A stretch of 64,000 nucleotides of DNA from Acetobacteraceae bacterium (GTDB lineage Bacteria; Pseudomonadota; Alphaproteobacteria; Acetobacterales; Acetobacteraceae), in NCBI GenBank assembly GCA_036489395.1, contig DASXFW010000086.1, positions 9,333 through 73,332 of the forward strand. Direction: 5' to 3'. Both the position numbers and the translations under genes were made by a program. The stretch's first letter is position 1, and every line of letters begins with the position of its first letter. Positions 54,093 to 63,700 of the stretch are shown piece by piece. The notes beneath the pieces are model-generated. The model saw only the letters and a program-made list of their open reading frames with translations, had not been told where the DNA came from and searched no databases.

Positions 54093-54526
54093 GCGACTTC
54101 TATCTTCCGGAGGGCCTGCCGGCGCCGAACACGTCGGACATGCTGTCCGCGCCGTATTGGGAAGCGACGCGAGCCGGACGGTTGCGCATCCAGAAGTGCC
54201 GCGGCTGCGGCGCGTGGCAGTGGGGACCGGAGTGGGTTTGTCACCGGTGCCATTCGTTTGATCTGACCTGGGAAGACATCGAAGGGCGTGGGCGCATCTA
54301 CAGTTATCAGCGTCCGCATCATCCGGTGCATGCGGCGCTGAACGGGCACGGCCGCTACATCGTTGTTCTCGTCGAGCTCCCCGAATACGGCAACGTGCGC
54401 ATGGTCGGCAATCTGCTCGGCGACCCGCGGCAGGACGTGCAGATTGGCGCGGCAGTCGAGGCGGTGTTCGAGCCCCACGCCGACTTCACGCTGGTGCAGT
54501 GGCGGCCGATCACCACCCGCGCTTGA
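54089..54526 (+). CDS. DUF35 Zn-ribbon / OB-fold protein (thiolase partner)
   Basis: 145 aa with a four-Cys ribbon (CRGCGAWQWGPEWVCHRCHS) and an OB-fold tail. It overlaps the thiolase gene by 4 nt. Confidence 0.85.
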   Translation: MSDFYLPEGLPAPNTSDMLSAPYWEATRAGRLRIQKCRGCGAWQWGPEWVCHRCHSFDLTWEDIEGRGRIYSYQRPHHPVHAALNGHGRYIVVLVELPEYGNVRMVGNLLGDPRQDVQIGAAVEAVFEPHADFTLVQWRPITTRA

Positions 54527-54574
54527 GCGGAAGTCATGCCGTATCCCGCAACGGCACCCAACGCAGCGGGCGCA

Positions 54575-55729
54575 TCATCGCATGCGCGCGGCAACGAGGT
54601 CCGCGGCGCCGGCGGCGATGCGCGCGATTGCCGGAATGTCCACGCTGTGCGGCAGGCGGTCCTGTGGCAGGTGGAACCACGCGTTGCTGCCGACCAGCGT
54701 GATGTAGCACCCGCCGGCACGGTGGATATCACGCGTTTCGCCGCTCGGTACATGCGTCTTTGGCACCAGCACGTCGAGCGGCTGGCCGGCATCGATCAGA
54801 TGCTGCACGCATTGCGCTCGCAATCCATCGTCAGGTGACATCAGCGACAACTTGCCGCCAGCCGCACCAATGTTTGCGCCGTAGTGGATCCAGACAGCAC
54901 CGCCTGGCTGGTCCCAGCCGGGACGCCGCGCGATGAAATCGTCCAGTCCGATATGGCCAAGCTCATGGCCGCTGTTGGCGGTGAGGATTACGTCGCGGTC
55001 CGGCCGCGCTGCGAGAACGCGACGCAATGATTCCAGCCAGCACACCAGGCCGCCACCGCGTTCAGCAGTGGACTGCCACCAGGAACTGCGCGGCGTCATG
55101 ACCACCAGCGGCGCGAGCGTGCGATCGCGTCCGGCGATCGATACCACGACGTTGTCGGCACGCGCCGTCACACGCCGGCTGTGGGCGACCAGCCTGGCAC
55201 GAACTCCTCGCGAGGCGGCGGACATCACCGCATCCCGCGTTTCGCTTCTCACGTGAAGCGCCGGTGCACCATAGGGATGGCGGAATTGTTCTGCATTGAG
55301 CAATGCCAGGCCAGGGTTCGCGCCGGCGCAGACGATCACCATGCCAGCATGGGCAGCGCTGCTGCGCAGGGCGCGATACTCCCCGCTATACACTGCATGT
55401 GGCGACAGCTCCGCCACGCCGATCATCGCCTTGCTGCCCGCCACACCCAGTTCGCCAACCACGCCGTCCATGTCTGTGGTGGGCGCGTCGAACACCGGCA
55501 CGCCATCCAACCGCGTTCCATCGAATTCCAAATACACGGCAACCGGATCGATCCGGTCCAGCATGAACTCCTCAACCGAAACGTCCGCACCGAGCGCCGC
55601 CGCTTCGCGCGCCAGCCACGCCGCACCCGCCGCGTCTCCGGCGGTGCCGGTGCGATGGATGCCGGACGACTCCCAGCCCTGCAGCCACCCAGCCGCACGA
55701 TCACCCGTGTCCGACGCCATCGGTCGCAT
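54575..55729 (-). CDS. Hypothetical protein, possibly a degenerate M28-peptidase-like fold
   Basis: 384 aa, lying 3 nt downstream of the ThDP enzyme gene. LTANSGHELGHIGLDDF resembles the xxxEExGLxGS strand-helix of M28 enzymes but has His-Glu in place of Glu-Glu. The assignment is weak. Confidence 0.55.
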   Translation of the reverse strand: MRPMASDTGDRAAGWLQGWESSGIHRTGTAGDAAGAAWLAREAAALGADVSVEEFMLDRIDPVAVYLEFDGTRLDGVPVFDAPTTDMDGVVGELGVAGSKAMIGVAELSPHAVYSGEYRALRSSAAHAGMVIVCAGANPGLALLNAEQFRHPYGAPALHVRSETRDAVMSAASRGVRARLVAHSRRVTARADNVVVSIAGRDRTLAPLVVMTPRSSWWQSTAERGGGLVCWLESLRRVLAARPDRDVILTANSGHELGHIGLDDFIARRPGWDQPGGAVWIHYGANIGAAGGKLSLMSPDDGLRAQCVQHLIDAGQPLDVLVPKTHVPSGETRDIHRAGGCYITLVGSNAWFHLPQDRLPHSVDIPAIARIAAGAADLVAARMR

Positions 55730-55732
55730 CCG

Positions 55733-57379
55733 CTATGCCGGCCGACGCACCACCGGCGACGGGATGCTTTCGATCATCACGTTGATGCAGGCGGGCTTGC
55801 CGCTGGCCAGCGAACGCTCGATCGCCCCAGCCATGTCTTCCGCGTGTTCTACCAATTCGCCGTGTCCGCCCAGCGCGACGGCGACAAGATCGTAGCGCGG
55901 TGCGGAGAGCTCGCACCCTACAGCGCGGTCGCGACCGTAGTCGCGCACTTGCAGATTATATTCGGCGTTCCAGCGCGCATCGGTGCCGACGACCGCGACG
56001 AACGGCAGGCCGCGCCGTGCTGCGGTTTCGAATTCCGCCATATGGAAGCCGAAGGTTCCGTCGCCCAGCACGGCGATGACAGGCGCCTTCGGTTCCGCCA
56101 CGCGCGCGGCAATCGCCATCGGCAAGGAGCTGCCGATCGAGCCGCCGACACCATTGATCATGCGCCGTGGCGGCACCGGCAGAACGCTCTGGCCCCACTG
56201 CGCGAATTCGCCGCCGTCGCAGATCAGCACTGTGTCGGGTTCGCGTTCGACGAACGGCTTCAGCGCGCGGAACACCTCGATCGCGTGCAGCTTGCCGGGT
56301 GTTTTCGAGCCGAGCGTTGCCCAGGAGTCCGGCCGTGTGGTGAAGGCCGCGCGGGCCTCGGCGAGCCATGCCGCGCTGCCCAATGTACGGCCGGCGACGC
56401 GGCGGATCAGCGTTTCACCGGCCGGGTGCGTGTCGGCAACGCAGCCGAAGGCGAAGCGGGCGCCGGTTTCGCGCGCGGCTCGGTCAACCAGGGTGCCTTC
56501 CGGGTCGATGGATACGAAGCGGCACGCTGGATCGATCCACGGCGCTTCACCGAACTTCAAGGTGAAGTCGAAGGCTTTGCCCAGCAGCACGATCAGATCG
56601 ACGCGGCGGATCAGCTCGTTGAATGCGCCAAGCGTCGCGTCGTTGAAGCCGCGCGGGCTTTCCATGATGCAGGTCGGCACCCGCGTCGCGGCTTCGAGTT
56701 TCGCGAGCAAGGTGCGGCCGGAAGGGTTGGCCAGGGCGGGGCCGGCGATGATCAGCGGGCGCGACGACGACGCAACGACTCCCAGGATCGCGTCGGCCGC
56801 GGCGTCGCTTAGCGCGACCGGCCTTGCGGTGAAGTCGCCCGGCTCCGGCCATACCGCGGCATTGTCGGCGACATGCGCATCGAGCAAATCGGACGGCAGA
56901 CTGAGATGCACCGGCCCGGGGCGGCCTGACGTGGCGATGCGGATCGCTTTCGCCACGTCGGTGCCGAGTGTTTCGGCGGACGTCGCCATCCACGACGCCT
57001 TCGCCACGTGCGACGCCATGTCGGCCTGGCGCAGTTCCTGGAAACCGCCGCGGCCAAGCTGATTCGTTTCGGTATGTCCGGACAGCAGCACCAGCGGCGA
57101 TTCCTGTCCCTGCGCGGTCATCAGTGCGGCGGTGGCGTTGGCGTGACCGGGGCCGCCGGTGACCATCGCGAAGCCGGGCGTGCCGGTCATGCGGCCCCAG
57201 GCGTCGGCGGCGTGCACTGCGGCGGCTTCATGCCGCGTGTGCACGAGGTCGATCGAGGTGTCGATCGCCGCATCGAACAGCGACATGATGTGGTTGCCGG
57301 AGAGCGTAAAGATGGTGCGGTGGCCGGCGTGTTCCAGCGTGCGCATGACGATGTCGGCGCCGCGTAGGGGTTGAGGCAT
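55733..57379 (-). CDS. Thiamine-diphosphate-dependent enzyme (acetolactate-synthase-like), paralogue of 39532..41331
   Basis: ORF 55733..57421 trimmed to MPQPLRGADIVMRTLEHAGHRTIFTLSGNHIM... at 57379, with AAGGAAG upstream. Motifs: GGPGHANATAAL and the ThDP motif LGDGTFGFHMAEFETAARRGLPFVAVVGTD. Confidence 0.9.
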   Translation of the reverse strand: MPQPLRGADIVMRTLEHAGHRTIFTLSGNHIMSLFDAAIDTSIDLVHTRHEAAAVHAADAWGRMTGTPGFAMVTGGPGHANATAALMTAQGQESPLVLLSGHTETNQLGRGGFQELRQADMASHVAKASWMATSAETLGTDVAKAIRIATSGRPGPVHLSLPSDLLDAHVADNAAVWPEPGDFTARPVALSDAAADAILGVVASSSRPLIIAGPALANPSGRTLLAKLEAATRVPTCIMESPRGFNDATLGAFNELIRRVDLIVLLGKAFDFTLKFGEAPWIDPACRFVSIDPEGTLVDRAARETGARFAFGCVADTHPAGETLIRRVAGRTLGSAAWLAEARAAFTTRPDSWATLGSKTPGKLHAIEVFRALKPFVEREPDTVLICDGGEFAQWGQSVLPVPPRRMINGVGGSIGSSLPMAIAARVAEPKAPVIAVLGDGTFGFHMAEFETAARRGLPFVAVVGTDARWNAEYNLQVRDYGRDRAVGCELSAPRYDLVAVALGGHGELVEHAEDMAGAIERSLASGKPACINVMIESIPSPVVRRPA

Positions 57380-57441
57380 GGTCTTCCTTTCGTGGCCCTG
57401 GTGTCGAGGCAGGGATGTCACGGCGATGTCATGGCACGAGC

Positions 57442-57616
57442 GTCATTGCGAGGAGCGCCGCGACGAAGCAAGCCACGTCACGCCTGTCCTCTGACCGAGA
57501 TTGCTTCGTCGCAGCGCTCCTCGCAATGACAGAAGGACGGCGTTGCATCGTGGACGGGTCTGCCTTGGCTGGTGGCAACTCGCAAGGACAGGGGCCTGCG
57601 CTTCTCGCGATGGCAG
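57442..57616. repeat. RepE hairpin (57442-57530) plus a degenerate RepB-reverse-like segment
   Basis: The RepE part is gtcattgcgaggagcgccgcgacgaagcaagcc...gagattgcttcgtcgcagcgctcctcgcaatgac. It is followed by ...ggctggtggcaactcgcaaggacagg. Confidence 0.85.
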
Positions 57617-57631
57617 TGGCGGGGCCGGCGC

Positions 57632-59665
57632 TTACTGCCGGGCCGCCAGTTGTGCGTGCAATGCATCGGCGTCGGTGATCGGTAGGCCGCAGACATTGCG
57701 GCGGCACAAATAAGCGGCGGATGCGCCGTTGACGGCGCCTTTGCCGAACGCTGGATGGTCAGTGGGCAACGCATCGGATGCGGGCGCGCGCAACACGATA
57801 ACCGCGGGATCCGGTGCGCACAGCGCGGCCTGCACCAAGGCCAGCGTGCGCGTATCGGCCGGATCGCCGGCTAGGACCACCGACGCTGCTTCCTCCAAAA
57901 AGTCCGCCGCCGCGAGCATGCCGGGCATTCCGGCGAGCCTATCCGCATCGGGGGCGAATGCGCGCAGCAGCCCCTCGGTGCGGGCACGCCATGATGCGTC
58001 GCCGGTCAGATAGAACATGCGCGCATAGACCTCTGCCATGAGGCCAGTGCCGGCGGGCACGGCGTTGTCGGCGGCGGTGCGCGGCCGGGCCAGCGGCACG
58101 TCCGTAGCGTCGGCCGCAGTCGTGTAGAATCCGCCGTGTCCGTCTGCGAAGAATGCTTCAGCCGCGTGGACCACACGCTGCGCGTTTGCCAGATAACGCG
58201 GATCGCCGGTCGCTTCGAACAACGCGAGCGCGGCGCGTGCCATCGCAGCCTGATCGTCCACCAATCCCGCAGCCGCGACACGGCTCAGGCGGAATGCATG
58301 CTGCACGCGACCGTCGGGCGTGCCCATCCGCGCCATGATGAAGTCGAAGGCCTCCGCCGCGCGCGCCAGCCATTCCGGATGGGCAAACACGCGCGATGCG
58401 CGGGCCAGGGCGGCGATGGCCAGGCCATTCCAGTCGGCCAGCACCTTGTCGTCGCGGCCCGGTCGGATGCGCTTCGCCCGCACCCGAAACAGCACCTCGC
58501 GCGACCGCGCCAGTTCGGCTTCCTCGGCACCGGAACCAGGCGGCGTCAGCCGGCGCAGGATGTTATGGCCTTCCCAATTGCCGGCTGCCGTGACGTCGTA
58601 AGCGCGCTTGAATGCGGCGGCATCGGCACCGAGCAGCTCATCGATCTCGGCTTCGGACCAGACGTAGAAGCGGCCTTCCTCGCCCTCGCTGTCGGCGTCT
58701 TCCGATGCGGCGAACGCGGCCTTTCCATCGACATGTTCTGCCGTCATGTCGCGGATCATCCAACCGACGGTTTCCTCCGCGCGCTGCGCATACAGCGGAT
58801 CGGGGCGATGCGCGTGTGCCAGTGCCAGCAGGTCCAGCAACTGCGCGTTGTCGTACAGCATCTTCTCGAAATGCGGCACCAGCCAGATCGCATCGGTGGA
58901 ATAGCGTGCGAAGCCGCCGCCGAGATGATCGTAGATGCCGCCTTGCGACATGCGTTGCAGCATCAGGTGCAACATGTCCTGACCGGCGGGATCGCCGGTG
59001 CGGAACGCGTTCTGCCAAAGGAATCGGAAGATCGGCGGATTGGGAAACTTCGGCGCGCCTTTCAGCCCGCCATGCTCTGCATCGTTCATCCGCAGATAGG
59101 CCTGCGCCACCGCGTCGAGATGCACCGGAGTCGGAAGATCGCCCGCGGACGGCTCGGCGCTGCGTTGCAGGAAGCGGCGTAGCGCCCCGGTATTCTGCGT
59201 CACCAACTGGTCTTTTTCGTGATACGCCGCGGCGGCGCCTTGCAGCACCTGGCGGAACGACGGCCGTCCCCAGCGCGGTTCCGGCGGAAAATAGGTACCG
59301 CCCCAATACGGCGAGCCATCCGGTGCCAGGAACATGGTCAGCGGCCAGCCGCCTTGCTCGCCCAGCGCATGCAGCGCGGACATGTAGAGATGATCGATGT
59401 CGGGGCGTTCCTCGCGATCGACCTTGATGCTGACATACTGCGCGTTCATCAGCGCGGCGGTTTCGGAATCCTCGAATGATTCGTGCGCCATGACATGGCA
59501 CCAGTGGCACGCGGCGTAGCCGATCGACAGCAGGATTGGCTTGTCGGCCGCCGCCGCCTCGGTGAGCGCTGCCGCGCCCCACGGACGCCAGTGCACTGGA
59601 TTGTCAGCATGCTGCAGCAGATAGGGGGAGGTTTCGTGGCGCAGCAGGTTGGCGGGTTCGGCCAT
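57632..59665 (-). CDS. Thioredoxin-domain protein of the DUF255/YyaL family (N-terminal Trx-like domain plus (alpha/alpha)6 barrel)
   Basis: ORF 57632..59701 trimmed to [30 protein letters not shown]... at 59665. It has the hallmark [18 protein letters not shown]. Confidence 0.9.
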   Translation of the reverse strand: MAEPANLLRHETSPYLLQHADNPVHWRPWGAAALTEAAAADKPILLSIGYAACHWCHVMAHESFEDSETAALMNAQYVSIKVDREERPDIDHLYMSALHALGEQGGWPLTMFLAPDGSPYWGGTYFPPEPRWGRPSFRQVLQGAAAAYHEKDQLVTQNTGALRRFLQRSAEPSAGDLPTPVHLDAVAQAYLRMNDAEHGGLKGAPKFPNPPIFRFLWQNAFRTGDPAGQDMLHLMLQRMSQGGIYDHLGGGFARYSTDAIWLVPHFEKMLYDNAQLLDLLALAHAHRPDPLYAQRAEETVGWMIRDMTAEHVDGKAAFAASEDADSEGEEGRFYVWSEAEIDELLGADAAAFKRAYDVTAAGNWEGHNILRRLTPPGSGAEEAELARSREVLFRVRAKRIRPGRDDKVLADWNGLAIAALARASRVFAHPEWLARAAEAFDFIMARMGTPDGRVQHAFRLSRVAAAGLVDDQAAMARAALALFEATGDPRYLANAQRVVHAAEAFFADGHGGFYTTAADATDVPLARPRTAADNAVPAGTGLMAEVYARMFYLTGDASWRARTEGLLRAFAPDADRLAGMPGMLAAADFLEEAASVVLAGDPADTRTLALVQAALCAPDPAVIVLRAPASDALPTDHPAFGKGAVNGASAAYLCRRNVCGLPITDADALHAQLAARQ

Positions 59666-59746
59666 AGGTCGGGTCCTTCCGCGGGGTGGCCTATGGAACA
59701 TGGGGCCGGTGCGGCGCGGGTGACAGTGGCGTCCGCCTGGCTGGCG

Positions 59747-60718
59747 TTACGCCACGTGCATGATCGGGTACGGGCCGGCGACTTCGCTGCCCGCCACCAG
59801 ATAAAGTTGCGTCCGCCCGTCCGGAACCGCGTGAGCGTGCCACAGGTCGAAGGTGAAGCCGCCTTCCAGCATGCCGTCCGACGCCTGCACTGGCACAAGA
59901 ATCTGCGCCATCTCGACCGCGCGGCGATCACGCTGCACGAACAGTAGCGTGACGGGCAACAGCTTGCCGTCACCGTCGCGCGATTTCGGCGCGTAGGACG
60001 GCGCCGGCACGCGGACATCACCGCGCAGCGCGAAGCTGCGACCGGGCGAGGCGTCCTCTCCCGGCAGCATCAGCGCGGCGCTGGCGACGTCGGTCGGACC
60101 GTCAAAGGGCTGCGGCTGCACGAACGGTGTCGCGTCAGCCAGCGGCGCGGCGCGCGGTGGACGTTCCTGGCCCGCGACATTCACTGTCACCACGTTCGAA
60201 CGTACGTCGAAATCGATCGCGCTCAGCGCGAGCCGTGTGGTCTCCGTGGTAAAGCCAAAGCCCAGCAGGTTGATTTGCTCGATGCCCAGGCCGGTGGTTG
60301 CCGCCTCGAACGCATCCGGCATCGGACCGGATGCGGACAGACCGCGTTCGCGCATGCGCTTGTCGCGGTCCAGTGGGCGAATACAGCGCACGTTGCCGGT
60401 GTCCAGATCGGTGGCCGCTACGAGCATGTTGGTGTCGGAGTCGACCAGCCATTCGCGCATTCCGTTCGAGTAGCGGACGATGAGCAACGGCAGGGTGCTA
60501 TTTCGGGTCAGGTCAGCCTCGGTCGGTGCGGCGCAGGCCAGGCTGATCGCGGGTGCGGGACGCGCGGCGGTGGCATCGTCGGGATCGGCTGGCTCGAGCG
60601 CCTGGATGCGATGAGATACCGCAAGTTGCAGCGCGAGAATCTGCTTGTCGCCGAGCGCGAACCAGGCATCGCCGTCGATGCGCACCGTGTCGATCATCGC
60701 TGCCTGGTACTCGTTCAT
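59747..60718 (-). CDS. Hypothetical 323-aa protein, co-oriented partner of the giant HExxH protein
   Basis: The ATG at 60718 has GGAGATG upstream and lies 33 nt after the upstream stop. There is no signal peptide or TM segment and no motif I can assign. Codon usage is host-like high GC. Confidence 0.65.
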   Translation of the reverse strand: MNEYQAAMIDTVRIDGDAWFALGDKQILALQLAVSHRIQALEPADPDDATAARPAPAISLACAAPTEADLTRNSTLPLLIVRYSNGMREWLVDSDTNMLVAATDLDTGNVRCIRPLDRDKRMRERGLSASGPMPDAFEAATTGLGIEQINLLGFGFTTETTRLALSAIDFDVRSNVVTVNVAGQERPPRAAPLADATPFVQPQPFDGPTDVASAALMLPGEDASPGRSFALRGDVRVPAPSYAPKSRDGDGKLLPVTLLFVQRDRRAVEMAQILVPVQASDGMLEGGFTFDLWHAHAVPDGRTQLYLVAGSEVAGPYPIMHVA

Positions 60719-60751
60719 CGCGCATCTCCATAGCCGGCGAGCGACAGCCTG

Positions 60752-63700
60752 CTATTTGAATTTAGACATGTCCTGTGCCAGCAAATAGGGCGTGCACACC
60801 GAGCAATATTTGTGCAGGCCTGTGGGCTGCGGCCCGGAATCATACATGACGCAGGGGGTGTTGGCTGCCGGCATGCTGGTGTCCATCTCCTTCTCTGTCC
60901 AGACGACATCGATCGTCAGGCCTGCTCCCGTGACGTTGTTCGTTGTGATCGCCACGGGATTGGCCGGTTTGGTCGTGTACTCGCCGGGGTCGTAGATGGC
61001 CACGCCGTCCACGGCATCGCCCGAGACAGATGTGATAATGATTTCTGCCGTGGTTTCCGAATTGCCCCCAATGACTTCTTCGTCTTCGTTGACATCGCCA
61101 GGGTCGTACCCGGCCCCGCCATTGGCCACCGTCGCTGAGGTCATTACCCAGGCGGACGACGTTTTCTGCGTCCCGGCCTCGAACCAGCAATGATTGCCCT
61201 TACCCAGATCCTTGGTGTTGGGATGCGCCGGAATCGAGTCGTGGGTGGAAGATGGCGGGTTGGGCGGCGTGCCCTCCGGCGCCTGTCCGAACGCATGACC
61301 GCATTCGTGTATGACGGTATCGGTGAAGTCGGCGGCCTCGGCGGGATCGTAAACCGCCAGAAGGTTGCCGTTCTGACATTCGCCAAGGAAGTCCTTGGCT
61401 CCCTGCACCGTGAGGTCGGTGAACTTGATCTGCTTCACCACTGGCTTCCAGGTAGGTGTGAGCTGCAATCCGTTCGCTCCGGTAAGCAGTGCCGGCTGCG
61501 GCGACTGATAGCGTCCCCGATTGGCGACGGTCACAGCCGTCACCGCGCCACCGTTCTGCGCGGTGATCGTCACCTGCGCCGCCGTAACACCCGCCTCGTT
61601 CACCGTCACGGACGTGCCGATGCTGGCCGGGGTGCAGCCGGTTCCGCCATTCGCGACGGCGACGCCGTCGAGATAGAACTCGTCCTCCACCGCGGCAGGC
61701 CATTTCACAAAGACCTGTCCCAGCACGGCGCGCTGCTGATAGGCAATGAACACGTCGGTGCTGGCGAGTGCGACAGCCGCCAGCGTGGTGCTGGTGCCGG
61801 CGATCTTCTCTTTCACCAGGTAATTGCCGCTGGCGAACAGATCCCCGCCCTGCAGCGGCGGATCGCAGGTATCCTTGCCCATATTCACGCCGATGGCGAG
61901 CGCCGTGCCGCCTGAATCGTCGGTCGGCACGTCGGCGAATTTCGCCTTGGCCGCAAACGGCGTGTTCTTTGTCGCGGTGTTGCCATCGGGGTCCCATTGC
62001 GCATCGCACACAGCGATGGGGACGCGCAGCGGTGTCTTTGTCGGCGCTGCGCCGGAGGGGAAGAACTGCGCCTTGTTGGAATTCGACAACACCAGCGCGT
62101 CGCCACTCCCCGTCGCGGCGTTCGGGATGACCATGTAGCGCGGATACACCGCCTGTGGCGACATGCCGTTCAGCGTGGCTGCGTCGATGTCGTGGTCGGC
62201 GACGGTGCGGTCCAGCACCACCACGACCTCCTCATAAGCCGCGATGGCGTCCGCCAGGTCGCCGTGCGTGAACCCGGCTTTCGTGTCGAAGCCTTCCACG
62301 GCAACACGCTGGTACCAGAACTTGCGCCAAACCTCGATGACTTCCGGGTCGGAGGGCGCGTCGCCCAGTGGCCGCGGCTTGCGCGCGCCGAGGTTCTTGG
62401 CTGGCTCGGCCGAGCCGCCCGCGTCCGTGTGTCCCTCGACGTATTTTGCCAGATGCGGATCCTCGTTGATGTAGGCCAGCGCGGTGAACACATCGCCGCC
62501 AAAGCGCGACAGGGTCACCTTCATGTCGGCGAAGGCAACGGTCTTGCCGGACTTGGTCTTCTTCGACTTGTGCACGAGATACTTTCGGTCGTTCTTGTCC
62601 TTATGCTTGAGCTCGTCGGAAATCTCGTTCCATTTCCATACGAATTTTGCGTCGACTGGGGTCTCGCTGACCGTGGAACCTCCGAGGGTGGTGCCGGAGG
62701 GCGCGGTGTGCGCGCTGGCAACGGTGACCGTCTTGATGTCGCGGTCGGGGAGGTCGACGCCCCAGTTCGCCGCCTTCATGTTGTCGGGACTGGGCGCCAG
62801 CATGAAGAGCAGCGGCACGCCGGGAATGTTCTTCGTCAGCCTGGCGCGCAGTGTCACCTCGCGGCCGTCCGGATCATCCTTGAAGTTGATGTAGAAACGC
62901 TTGGGATCGACGCCCCACGCCTCTGGCTTGTTTGGATCCGGCTTGTAGCGGACCTTCACCGACTCGATCGTGACAACGGTGAAGCGCGCCCAGTCGGCAT
63001 TTCGTTTGCGGCGCCGCGGCAGGTCGCGCTCTGGCCGGTACAGTTGCAGGAACAACCGGCTGTCGCAGAGCGTGTCTGAATCCGTCGTGCCCTCCACCCA
63101 GACGATGACCGGTTTCTTCTTCAGGTCGCCGACCGTCATCGGGTCCGGCGGGTCCGTGCCGTCCGCATCCTTGAACACCGCGATCGCGCCACTGTCCGAA
63201 CCGTCTTCGAGCGTGACCATATGGTCATCGGTTTCCGCCGGCCACTGTGCCGCCTCCAGCTTGTTCACGACCAGCCTGGCGCGACTGAAGGATTTGTCGG
63301 CGCTCTGGCAATGCAGGAAGCGACCGACCCCGGCCTTCTGCTTCTTGTTCATCGTGATCTGGTCGGGAATGACGAGGCCTACGAGATCGTCGTGGTATGT
63401 CTTCAACTGCTTGTCGAGCGAGTAGTCGCCGGGTGCCGCCTGGTCGGGATCGGCCTGAAGCGCGGCGATCTTGCCCTGGTCGTTCCAGTTCAGCGTCATC
63501 TTGAGTTCGCTGACGTTGAAATCTTCCGTGACGGGATCGGCAAAACGCTGCGAGACGTCTTCCGTACCCTTCAAAGTCAGTTTCAGCTTGAACGCTGCCG
63601 TCGATACTTTCTTGCCGCGCGCCCAGAGCTTGATCTTGTCGGTACCGGTCAGTCCGGCGGCGGGCAGCGCATCGAGATTGGCCGCGGGCTTGCTGCACTT

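Noticed and set aside
55181-57062. 543-aa (55181..56812) and 359-aa (55983..57062) plus-strand ORFs
   Set aside because: They lie antisense to the M28-like and ThDP genes.
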